Origin: Terracidiphilus sp.
GTDB lineage: Bacteria > Acidobacteriota > Terriglobia > Terriglobales > Acidobacteriaceae
Assembly (NCBI GenBank): GCA_035531055.1
Contig: DATKTQ010000317.1
Location: 11,335-75,334, forward strand
Length of the DNA stretch: 64,000 nt
Direction: 5' to 3'
Below the pieces are notes generated by a model, which did not search any database, was not told where the DNA came from, and saw only the letters and a list, made by a program, of their open reading frames with translations. Below are positions 28,477 through 37,077 of the stretch, piece by piece; the stretch's first letter is position 1, and every line of letters begins with the position of its first letter. Position numbers and translations under genes: made by a program.

Positions 28477-30309
28477 ATGCCGTTCAAAAAACTTCGATCC
28501 TTTGTGGCCGCGGGCGCGGTAAGCGCTGTTGCAGCCGTGTGCCTGCTGACCGGGCTCTGCGCGGTTCCCGTCTCTGGCCAGTCCTCAAGCAGCAGCAAAC
28601 CGGCTGCCGGGCAGAGCTCGTCGTCCTCCTCGACCAATGTGCCTGGCCAGCAGGAGGCGGTGCAGGAGAAGGCGCCTTCGCTGGTAGACCCGGCCGGTCC
28701 CATGATCTCGCTGGTGAGCTCGGAACCGGTGTTTTTCATGGCGTCTGCGTTGAATGCCTGTGGGTACGATGAAGGGCTGGCGCAGAGTTCGCCGGTTCGG
28801 CAGCAGGTGCGCAGTGAGATAAACCAGGCTCTGACCGCGAGCGAAGATGCACGGGCCAAGCGCGACAAGCTGTGTCTTTTTATTGCGCAGCACCGGATGA
28901 CGGGGACCTCCAAGGACATCTCCCAGTACATTTCGCTGGCGCTCTACCTGAGCCAGCCTCCGGACCTGGAGACGACGGCGCAACTGACAGAGATGCCGCC
29001 GGACGCGACCCAGGTGGTGGAGGTTGTGCCGCTGCTCAAGGACTTTGCGGCGGCGGTGGACCTGAACGGCATCTGGCTTACGGTGCACCGCATTTACGAC
29101 GGGCAGATTGATCAGCTGCACGATCCGCTGTCAAAGATGATTGTGAACACCAACCTGTACCTGAAGATGCCGGCTTCGACGTACAACAGCCGGCGGTTCA
29201 TCGTGGTGATTGAGCCGATGCTCTCGCCCTCGCTGGTGAATGCGCGCGTGTACGGGGTGGACTACGTGGTGGTGGTTTCGCCGGTGAACGGGAAGATTCC
29301 GCTGACGGATGTTCGGCACACGTATCTGCATTACATGATTGAGCCGCTGCTGTATGCGCGGACGAATGCGATCAACCGGATTCAGCCGATTTTGAAAGAG
29401 ACGCAGTATTCGCCGCTGGCCTACCGCTACCGGTCAGACCCGGTTTCGTTTGTGGTGGAGTGCCTGATCAAGGCGATTGAGGCCAGGACGCTGGAGACAG
29501 GGGTTCCGGTGTACAAGATTCCGGCGGGGGTGGACCGGTCGGACCTGCCGCGCTATCAGCGACAGCTGCAGCTCTATCAGCAAAAGGTGGAGGGCATCAA
29601 GCTGGATCTGGTGAAGCACGACATGCGGCAGGGCTTTGTGCTGACGCAATACTTCTTTGAGCAGCTGATCCAGTTTGAAAAGGATTCGGTGAGTCTCCCT
29701 GACACGATTGGCGAGCTGGTGTACGGCATGGACGTGAACCAGCAGGTGCATCGCGCGCGCCAGACGGAATTTGATAAAGAAGAAGACGGCGACGTGCTGC
29801 AGCACAACCAGCCGCGCGTGCTGCAGGGGCTGGACCTGGCCGAGGCCCGGCTGGAAGCCGGCGACGTGGCCACGGCAAAGACAATGGCCGACAAGGTGCT
29901 TGCCGCACCGGCAGGCACGCCGGGCGCGAAGGCCGATGCGGCCCGCGCCGACTTTATCCTGGCTCGGGTGGCAATTATGTCCGGGCATCCGGACGAGGCG
30001 ATTGACCGGTTCCAGCAGACACTGGCCACCAGCAAGGAGCCGCGGCTTCTGGCCTGGTCGCACATCTACCTTGGTCGGATGCTTGATCTGGACTGCAAGC
30101 GCGAAGCGGCGATGGCCGAGTACAAGGAGGCGCTGGCGGCGCGGGACGGCGCGCAGGATACCAGGCTGGCCGCCGAGCGGGGCGTGAAGCAGGCCTATGC
30201 GGTGCGCGGACACAGTTGCGACGAAGACGCGGATGACGATTCGACTGGGGCCGGCGCGCCGAAAGCGGCTCCAGGGGATGCACAACCGGTGACCCCGAAG
30301 CCCCAATAA
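28477..30309 (+). CDS. secreted protein of unknown function with Ser-rich linker and C-terminal TPR region
   Basis: The signal peptide reads MPFKKLRSFVAAGAVSAVAAVCLLTGLCAVPVSG. It is followed by GQSSSSSKPAAGQSSSSSS and a domain of about 400 aa that I cannot place. The C-terminus has TPR-like helices (DEAIDRFQQTLATS...WSHIYLGRMLDLDCKREAAMAEYKEALA). GC3 bias is good throughout. Confidence 0.7.
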   Translation: MPFKKLRSFVAAGAVSAVAAVCLLTGLCAVPVSGQSSSSSKPAAGQSSSSSSTNVPGQQEAVQEKAPSLVDPAGPMISLVSSEPVFFMASALNACGYDEGLAQSSPVRQQVRSEINQALTASEDARAKRDKLCLFIAQHRMTGTSKDISQYISLALYLSQPPDLETTAQLTEMPPDATQVVEVVPLLKDFAAAVDLNGIWLTVHRIYDGQIDQLHDPLSKMIVNTNLYLKMPASTYNSRRFIVVIEPMLSPSLVNARVYGVDYVVVVSPVNGKIPLTDVRHTYLHYMIEPLLYARTNAINRIQPILKETQYSPLAYRYRSDPVSFVVECLIKAIEARTLETGVPVYKIPAGVDRSDLPRYQRQLQLYQQKVEGIKLDLVKHDMRQGFVLTQYFFEQLIQFEKDSVSLPDTIGELVYGMDVNQQVHRARQTEFDKEEDGDVLQHNQPRVLQGLDLAEARLEAGDVATAKTMADKVLAAPAGTPGAKADAARADFILARVAIMSGHPDEAIDRFQQTLATSKEPRLLAWSHIYLGRMLDLDCKREAAMAEYKEALAARDGAQDTRLAAERGVKQAYAVRGHSCDEDADDDSTGAGAPKAAPGDAQPVTPKPQ

Positions 30310-30408
30310 GCGGGGAAGGCCCTGCGACGTGGACTGGCGTGACGTCTAATGGTGGAGCGGGCAACGCTGTCGAATTCGGCGGAATGAGGAAAGCCTGTCG
30401 AGGAGTGC

Positions 30409-31209
30409 GTGGAAGCAGACCTGACGAAACTGGAAGCTGCGCTCGGGCATGGCTTTGCCAAGCCGGATCTCCTGTTGCGCGCGCTGACGCATCGCTCGCT
30501 GGCCAACCAGCGGGCCGTGGAAGAACCCGCGCCGGGCGGCGAGGCCGCGGGCGACAATGAGCGGCTGGAATTCCTGGGGGACGCGGTGCTGGGGCTCGCG
30601 GTGGGCGAGGCGCTGTTTCTGCTGCATCCGGAGTGGAGCGAGGGCGAGCTGACGCGCGTACGAGCCCAGCTGGTGAGCCGGCAACATATGGCGGAAGTGG
30701 CCGCGGCCGTCGGGCTGGGCGACCATCTGCGGCTAAGCCGCGGCGAGGACCGGAGCGGCCTGCGGGGCAAGAGTACCGTGCTGTCCAACTCGATGGAGGC
30801 CGTGCTGGGTGCGCTCTATCTGGATGGCGGGCTGGATCCGGTCCGGGCGTTTATTCGCCGTTTTGTCATGGGCGAAGCAGCGGATCTGCTGGCCGAGGAA
30901 CTGCGCTCAGGGGCTGCGCTGGGGAATTACAAGTCGGCACTGCAGGAGCATCTGCAGGCGGCAAAGGCCGGTGCGCCAGTGTACACGGTGAAAAGCGAGA
31001 GCGGGCCGGACCACCGCAAGCGGTTTATGGTGGAAGTGCGTCTGAAGCCGGCACCCGGCGAACCCGGCAAGGCGCTGGCGCGGGGAGCGGGCAGTACCAA
31101 GAAACACGCGGAGCAGGATGCGGCGCGGCGAGCCCTGACGAGGCTGCGCGCTGCGGCGGGGCAGACGGAGCAGAGCAAAGGCAAGGGCAGGGAAGAGGCC
31201 AAGGGATGA
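30409..31209 (+). CDS. rnc: ribonuclease III
   Basis: The RNase III signature reads ERLEFLGDAVLGLAV. The dsRNA-binding domain reads YKSALQEHLQ...GPDHRKRFMVEV...GAGSTKKHAEQDAA. GTG start. Confidence 0.9.
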   Translation: MEADLTKLEAALGHGFAKPDLLLRALTHRSLANQRAVEEPAPGGEAAGDNERLEFLGDAVLGLAVGEALFLLHPEWSEGELTRVRAQLVSRQHMAEVAAAVGLGDHLRLSRGEDRSGLRGKSTVLSNSMEAVLGALYLDGGLDPVRAFIRRFVMGEAADLLAEELRSGAALGNYKSALQEHLQAAKAGAPVYTVKSESGPDHRKRFMVEVRLKPAPGEPGKALARGAGSTKKHAEQDAARRALTRLRAAAGQTEQSKGKGREEAKG

Positions 31210-31988
31210 CGGAGACCGCACAGGTTGCGGGCCCCGTGCGTGGACCACTCTGGCGGCTGTGGACCCAGTTGCCCACCGTGCCGGAGGCGCTGGCCTCGCT
31301 GCTGCGGACCATTGTGGTGGCGCTGTTTCTGCTGACTTTTGTGCTGCAGCCATTTCTCATCCCCTCAGAGAGCATGGAGCGTACGCTTCTTGTGGGTGAT
31401 TTTCTGCTGGTGAACAAGCAGATTTTTGCGCCGGCGGGAAGGCTGAGCCACTGGATTTTGCCCTATCGGAACGTGGAGCGGGACGACATTGTGGTGTTTC
31501 ATCATCCGGATCCCGCGTATCTGATCAAGCGCGTAATTGGGCTGCCGGGCGACCGGTTGCGCATTGTGAACGGGCAGGTGAGCGTAAATGGTGTGGCGCT
31601 GACGGAGCCGTACGTCGTGTACGAGCCGGCGCCTCCGAATTCCTCTCGCGATAACTTTCCTGCGCGCATCTATACTGACCCGAATGTGGACCCGACGTGG
31701 TGGAGGGAGTTGCAGGGATTGACGCACGATGGGGCACTGGTGGTGCCGCCGGGGATGTACTTTGTGATGGGCGACAACCGGAACCACAGCAAGGACTCGC
31801 GCTTTTGGGGATTGGTGCCGCGGGACGCGATTGTGGCGCGTCCGCTGGTGATTTACTTCTCTCTACGCAGGCCTTCTGCCACAGACTTGCGGCCAGCCGC
31901 GAATGATAAACTCGGACACGATATAGGATTCTCAGCGCACGTTGCGAGCTTTGCGCGCTGGAAGCGGATTTTCCGGGTGGTGCATTAG
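31206..31988 (+). CDS. lepB: signal peptidase I (copy 1)
   Basis: The ATG at 31206 overlaps the rnc stop (ATGA). The catalytic Ser is in PSESMERTL and the catalytic Lys in YLIKRVIGLPGD. The GDNRNHSKDSRFWG box is present. The upstream 191 codons of the track ORF are a shadow of rnc. Confidence 0.9.
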   Translation: MTETAQVAGPVRGPLWRLWTQLPTVPEALASLLRTIVVALFLLTFVLQPFLIPSESMERTLLVGDFLLVNKQIFAPAGRLSHWILPYRNVERDDIVVFHHPDPAYLIKRVIGLPGDRLRIVNGQVSVNGVALTEPYVVYEPAPPNSSRDNFPARIYTDPNVDPTWWRELQGLTHDGALVVPPGMYFVMGDNRNHSKDSRFWGLVPRDAIVARPLVIYFSLRRPSATDLRPAANDKLGHDIGFSAHVASFARWKRIFRVVH

Positions 31989-32045
31989 CATTTGACCGGA
32001 GAAGCACCGTAACCCGGCGTCAACCCCGGAGTACAGAGCCACAGG

Positions 32046-32870
32046 ATGACCAAAAAGACGCCGCCGCCTGCCACGACACCCAAAGAGACGCCCGCCGACC
32101 CGGTGGAAGAGCGAGTGGAAGAGACGCCGTTTGAGGCGTTGGCCAGCATCTGCTCGGTGTTGGTGGTGGGCCTGTATATCCTCACATTCCTGGCGCAGAA
32201 CTTTGTGATTCCATCGGGCTCGATGGAGAAGACGCTGCTGGTGGGCGACCACCTGATGGTGGACCGGGTTACGCTGGCGCCGCCGGCTAAGTGGATGCCT
32301 CTGGTGTACTATCGCGAGCCGAAGCGCGGCGACGTGGTGGTGTTCCTCAAGCCGGTTCCGGACTACGACGCGGAGGGGCAGCCGCAGTATTTGTACCTGG
32401 TGAAGCGGCTGGTTGCGGTGCCGGGCGACCACCTCCATCTGCACAACGGGATTGTGAGCATCAACGGCGTGGCGCAGTACCAGCCGCATGCGCAGCCCAC
32501 CACGCCGGAAAACTACTCCGATTATCTGGATGAGTTTCCCTCGGTGCCGGCGGCCACGCAGCCCCTGGCCACAGAGGCCTGGGCAGTGGCCGAGCCGCAG
32601 TACATCCGGGATGGGGACCTGGTGGTTCCGCCGGGAATGTACTTCATGATGGGCGACAACCGGCACAACAGCCTGGACTCGCGCTACTGGGGATTTGTGC
32701 CGCGGGCCAACATTGTGGGCAGGCCGCTGTTCAACTACTGGTCGTTCAAGACGCCGGAGGACGAGTATAACCAGACGGGGATGGGGAACCGGCTGGCCTG
32801 GATGGGCCACGTGGCCCTGCACTTCTTTACGGATACTCGCTGGTCGCGTACGCTGCACATCATCCGCTGA
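32046..32870 (+). CDS. lepB: signal peptidase I (copy 2)
   Basis: The catalytic Ser is in PSGSMEKTL and the catalytic Lys in YLVKRLVAVPGD. The GDNRHNSLDSRYWG box is present. It has its own N-terminal TM anchor. Confidence 0.9.
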   Translation: MTKKTPPPATTPKETPADPVEERVEETPFEALASICSVLVVGLYILTFLAQNFVIPSGSMEKTLLVGDHLMVDRVTLAPPAKWMPLVYYREPKRGDVVVFLKPVPDYDAEGQPQYLYLVKRLVAVPGDHLHLHNGIVSINGVAQYQPHAQPTTPENYSDYLDEFPSVPAATQPLATEAWAVAEPQYIRDGDLVVPPGMYFMMGDNRHNSLDSRYWGFVPRANIVGRPLFNYWSFKTPEDEYNQTGMGNRLAWMGHVALHFFTDTRWSRTLHIIR

Positions 32871-32906
32871 GGCCAGGCGGAGAGACCGAATTGGCATAGA
32901 AGACCC

Positions 32907-35492
32907 ATGATGGACGACGCGCAACGCCGGAGGCGAACGACGAGACGGCTGTGGCTGGCCGCGGTCGTGCTGGCGGTTCTGCTGGCCGGCTTGATTGTGC
33001 CGCCGATGATCAGCATTGGGCGCTACAAGGCGCGGATTACGGAGCTGATGTCGGAGTCGCTGGGGAGGCCGGTGCACTTGTCCTCCGTGGAGCTTCGCCT
33101 GCTTCCGCGGCCGGAGTTTGTGCTGACGAACCTGACGGTGGAGGGTGACCCCGCCTACGGGGCCGAGCCGGTGCTGTATGCGAATACGGTTACCGCCGCC
33201 ATTGAGCTTCTGCCCCTGTGGCAGGGACGGCTTGTCATCAGCAGCATCAGCGTGGATGAGGCGAGCCTGAACCTGGTCCGCACCCAAGAAGGCCGCTGGA
33301 ATCTAGATTCGTTGTTCCGCACGGCTGCCGCGCATTCCAAAATCCAAGGGCAGAATGCGGTGCGTCCGCTGCCCTATCTGGAAGCGACCAATTCGCGCGT
33401 GAACATCATGAACGGGCTGGAGAAGCTGCCGTTCTCGCTTGTGGATGCGGACCTTTCCTTCTGGCAGTCGAATCCCGGCGAATGGCGGGTGAGGCTGCGC
33501 GGTCAACCTGCGCGTACGGACGTGAGTCTGGACCTGGCCGATACAGGGGTGGTGGAGTTGGAAGCCAGCATGCGCCGCGCGCCGGAACTGAGCGAAATGC
33601 CCATCCAGGTGGACATGGAATGGAAAGAGGCGCAGCTGGGACAACTGAGCCGGTTGATCGTGGGGTCGGACCCGGGCTGGCGCGGCGATCTGACGGCAGA
33701 CCTGCATGTGCAGGGTACGGTGAAGGCGGCCAAGGTGACGGCGCGGCTGCGCGCCACTGGCGTGCACAGGGCGGAATTCGCACCGGTTTCGCCGCTGGAT
33801 TTTGATGTCAACTGCAGCCTGGTGTACCACTACGCGGGGCGCACAGTGAACGACCTGGCGTGCGACTCGCCGCTGGGCGACGGCCAGATGCGGCTGGCGG
33901 GCGACTTGCCGGGAGGAGCGCCGCCGCGCCTGACGCTGGCGCTACAGGGAATTCCGGTGCAGGCGGGGCTGGATCTTTTGCGGACGTTGCGCGGCGGAAT
34001 CGATGAAGACCTGGAAGCGCGAGGCACGGTCAGCGGCGAGTTGAAGTACGATGTGGCCGCTGGGACCACGCCGGCTGCGCCGATGGCAGCCAAGGGCAAG
34101 GCCGGGCACGCAGGAAGGCGGAAGCACGCGCAAGCGGTGGAAGACGCAGCGCCGAATCCGCTGTCGGGAAGCCTGGTGGTGCAGCGTTTTGTGCTGCGGG
34201 GCGGAGCGTTGCGCCAGCCGATTCAGATTCCCAGGATTACGCTGGAGCCTGCGGCTGCGACGCCGGGCCTGTCGCAGGCGCTGACCACAGAAGTGGCGCT
34301 GCCCGCGGGCGCGGCTTCTCCCTTGAGCGCCACGCTGCGGCTGGAACTGGCGGGTTATGATGCCGGTTTGCAGGGGCCGGCCGCGCTGGCGCGATTGCGC
34401 GAGTGGGCCAGTGTTGCAGGGCTGGGGAATGCGGCCGCGCTGAGCGGGCTGAGCGGAGATGCGGCGATTCTGAACCTGAACGCACAGGGTCCGTGGCTTC
34501 CGGCGCCGGAGGCGATCTTTCCCATACGAGCAGTTGGCGGCGTGAAGGGAACTGCGCCCGCCCCGCCGGATGCAGCCAGAGACCGGCTGAGCGGAACGAT
34601 GGAGTTCCACGACGTGAAGTGGAGTTCGGGCGTGCTGGCCAGCGATCTAGAGGTATCCCAGGCGACGTTGACGCTGGGCGGCAACATGCTGGTTTGGGAT
34701 CCGGTGGCGTTTACTTATGGTCCAGTGGAGGGGACTGCCAGCCTGCAGGTGCCGATGGGATGCGAAGAAGATGCGCCATGCCCTCCGAGGCTGGAAGTGC
34801 ACTTCGGCGAACTGGACGCAGGCAGGCTGGAGGCGAGCCTGCTGGGCGCGCGCAAGCCGAACACACTGCTGTCCACGCTGCTGGCGCAGCTGACATCCTC
34901 AAAGTCGACGGTGTGGCCGCAGGTGGACGGAGTCGTGAAGGCGGACTCGCTGGCTCTGGGGCCGTTTACGCTGCGGAATGTGACGGCGACTTTGCAGGTC
35001 CAGCCGGCCAAGGCGGACTTGAACGGGTTTGATGCCGAGTGGCTGGGCGGACAACTGGAAGGCAGCGGCACGGTGACCAAGGGCGACAAGCCCGGCTACG
35101 CGCTGCAAGGCAGCTTTGCCAAGCTGAGCCCGCAGGCGGTGTGCAGCGTGCTGGGAGTGCGCTGCAAGGGCGGCGCGGTGAGCGGCGACGGGAAGCTGGA
35201 ATTCTCAGGATTTTCCAGCAAGGATCTGTCGGCAACGGCCAAGGGAACTCTGCACTTTGACTGGCGCCGGGGCAAGGTGGCCTTGTCGGCTGGCGACGGA
35301 ATCCCCGCGGCGCTGGGGCGCTTTGACCGGTGGACCGGCGAAGCCAGCATTGCGAACGGGACGGTGACGCTGCAACAGAACCAGGTGCGACGGGGCTCCC
35401 ATGTCGCGCCGGTGGAGGCGACCATCACTTTTGGCAAGCCGCCAAAGGTGGCTTTTACTCCGGTGCCGCCTGTGAAGACCGCAAAGCGGTAA
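32907..35492 (+). CDS. AsmA-family outer-membrane biogenesis protein
   Basis: 861-aa protein. The N-terminal anchor reads RRLWLAAVVLAVLLAGLIVPP. It is followed by the AsmA-type start RYKARITELMSESLGRPVHLSSVELRLLPRPEFVLTNLTV and a long beta-rich body. Confidence 0.8.
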   Translation: MMDDAQRRRRTTRRLWLAAVVLAVLLAGLIVPPMISIGRYKARITELMSESLGRPVHLSSVELRLLPRPEFVLTNLTVEGDPAYGAEPVLYANTVTAAIELLPLWQGRLVISSISVDEASLNLVRTQEGRWNLDSLFRTAAAHSKIQGQNAVRPLPYLEATNSRVNIMNGLEKLPFSLVDADLSFWQSNPGEWRVRLRGQPARTDVSLDLADTGVVELEASMRRAPELSEMPIQVDMEWKEAQLGQLSRLIVGSDPGWRGDLTADLHVQGTVKAAKVTARLRATGVHRAEFAPVSPLDFDVNCSLVYHYAGRTVNDLACDSPLGDGQMRLAGDLPGGAPPRLTLALQGIPVQAGLDLLRTLRGGIDEDLEARGTVSGELKYDVAAGTTPAAPMAAKGKAGHAGRRKHAQAVEDAAPNPLSGSLVVQRFVLRGGALRQPIQIPRITLEPAAATPGLSQALTTEVALPAGAASPLSATLRLELAGYDAGLQGPAALARLREWASVAGLGNAAALSGLSGDAAILNLNAQGPWLPAPEAIFPIRAVGGVKGTAPAPPDAARDRLSGTMEFHDVKWSSGVLASDLEVSQATLTLGGNMLVWDPVAFTYGPVEGTASLQVPMGCEEDAPCPPRLEVHFGELDAGRLEASLLGARKPNTLLSTLLAQLTSSKSTVWPQVDGVVKADSLALGPFTLRNVTATLQVQPAKADLNGFDAEWLGGQLEGSGTVTKGDKPGYALQGSFAKLSPQAVCSVLGVRCKGGAVSGDGKLEFSGFSSKDLSATAKGTLHFDWRRGKVALSAGDGIPAALGRFDRWTGEASIANGTVTLQQNQVRRGSHVAPVEATITFGKPPKVAFTPVPPVKTAKR

Positions 35493-35522
35493 CGGAGGGT
35501 TTGGCCGCCGCTACAATGAGGC

Positions 35523-36236
35523 ATGACTTCCACCATTCTGGCTTTCCCGGTAACTGTCCGCTGCAAAGGAATTCTGTTCGACATGGACGGAATTCTGATT
35601 TCGTCCCTCGGCTCAGTGGAGCGCAGCTGGACCAAGTGGGCCGAGATGCGCGGGGTGGACCCGGAGCATGCCTGCCGGATTGCGCACGGGTGCCGCGCGA
35701 TTGAGACGGTGGCGAAGCTGCGGCCGGACCTGGACAGCGAGGCCGAGCTCAAGATCATTGAAGATATTGAAGTGGCGGACAACGAAGGGCTGACGGTGCT
35801 GCCGGGCGTGCCGGAACTGCTTTCCCGGCTGCCGGGGGAGCGCTGGACCGTGGTGACCAGCGCCACGGAGCGGCTGGCGCGGGTGCGCATGGCCGTAGGC
35901 GGGCTGGCGGTGCCGCAGCGGCTGGTGACGGCCAACCAGGTGACCCGGGGGAAACCGCATCCGGAGCCGTTTCTAGCCGGGGCAGCGCTGCTGGGCTTTG
36001 CGCCGGAGGAGTGCGTGGTGTTTGAGGACTCGTCCAGCGGCGCAATGGCGGGCCGCGCAGCCGGCTGCACCGTGATTGCCACCACGTTCTCGCATTCGAT
36101 CGAGTCCCTGGAGGCGGCGCAGTACCTGGTGACGGACCTGACCGGAATCCGCGTGAACGCGCTTGCGGAGGGGCTGGAGCTGCGGTTTACGCCGCTGCAG
36201 CTAAGCTATTCGTTGGCCTCAATGCGACGTCCGTGA
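35523..36236 (+). CDS. HAD-IA family hydrolase (sugar-phosphatase / beta-phosphoglucomutase-like)
   Basis: HAD motif I is ILFDMDGILISS, motif II is VVTSATE, and motif III/IV is GKPHPEPFL...VVFEDSSSGAMAG. The 3' end overlaps the convergent carbonic-anhydrase-like gene by 31 nt. Confidence 0.8.
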   Translation: MTSTILAFPVTVRCKGILFDMDGILISSLGSVERSWTKWAEMRGVDPEHACRIAHGCRAIETVAKLRPDLDSEAELKIIEDIEVADNEGLTVLPGVPELLSRLPGERWTVVTSATERLARVRMAVGGLAVPQRLVTANQVTRGKPHPEPFLAGAALLGFAPEECVVFEDSSSGAMAGRAAGCTVIATTFSHSIESLEAAQYLVTDLTGIRVNALAEGLELRFTPLQLSYSLASMRRP

Positions 36237-36952
36237 GAGTCCTGCAGGGGGCGGGAGTTCATGGGATAAAGCGTCGTGAAGGCGCGGTACTGTGCCCGTC
36301 CAATGCTGATCGAGTTTTCCATGACAAACCAGCGCACACCCTCGGTACAGGGCGGAGTGGTGAGAGAGCCGGTATAAGTCCAGTAGCCGCGGTCGGCGGG
36401 CAACAGGCCACCGGCGTTGACCATGGCTGTGACTTGCCCTTTGGCGCCGGGTGTGGTGGGCAACTGCTCCCAGAGCATGGCCAGCGTGGCGTTGGGCGCA
36501 TCCATGTTCTCAACGAGCCGGACGGCGATGATGGCATATTTGCCGTCGGCGCTCTTGTGGATGAGCTGCACGTCCATGTCCGTGAGGCGGCCTTTTACGG
36601 CTTCCTCGCTTGGACTGTGAAAGTCAAATCCGAGCAGGTTATAGCGGACGCCATCGACGAGGATGTAGCTGCCCGGATCTACGTGGACCATGACAGTGCG
36701 CCCGGTGTTTTCGAGCGTAGCCGGCCCGGCCAGGTAGTGGAAGTCGATGGGCTTGAGGGCCTTGTTCAGGTGGGCATGGCGAATGTCGATGGGCGACTGC
36801 TGACGGCCTGCCGAGCATGCCCGGTAGGCGGGGTCCAGCTTGCCCCAATTCATCGGGCCTGTTCTTCCCTTGTAGGCCCAGGGCACGGGAGTTTGAGCGG
36901 CAGCCAGAGAGGTGAGAGCCAGGGCCAGTGCACACAGTACGGGTTTACGCAT
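36206..36952 (-). CDS. alpha-carbonic-anhydrase-family protein, secreted, with non-canonical metal-site residues
   Basis: The signal peptide reads MRKPVLCALALALTSLAAAQ. The alpha-CA hallmarks WGKL...CSAGRQQSPIDI, PSEE and YTGSLTTPPCTEGVRWFV are present. The zinc-ligand positions read D/H/Q instead of H/H/H (see findings). Confidence 0.85.
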   Translation of the reverse strand: MRKPVLCALALALTSLAAAQTPVPWAYKGRTGPMNWGKLDPAYRACSAGRQQSPIDIRHAHLNKALKPIDFHYLAGPATLENTGRTVMVHVDPGSYILVDGVRYNLLGFDFHSPSEEAVKGRLTDMDVQLIHKSADGKYAIIAVRLVENMDAPNATLAMLWEQLPTTPGAKGQVTAMVNAGGLLPADRGYWTYTGSLTTPPCTEGVRWFVMENSISIGRAQYRAFTTLYPMNSRPLQDSHGRRIEANE

Positions 36953-37018
36953 CCGATGCTCCTCGATTGCAGGTCGGGTAGTTGTCCCCGAAATTCTATT
37001 TCATCGACGCCTGAGCGC

Positions 37019-37052
37019 AAAAAAGGATGGGACCCCGTTTTCGGAGTCCCAT
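37019..37052 (-). terminator. rho-independent terminator after metK
   Basis: The minus strand reads ATGGGACTCCG-AAAA-CGGGGTCCCAT (one G-U pair), followed by CCTTTTTTGCG. It lies 26 nt past the metK stop. Confidence 0.6.
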
Positions 37053-37077
37053 GACTTGCAAGTGGGTGAGCCGGGGC

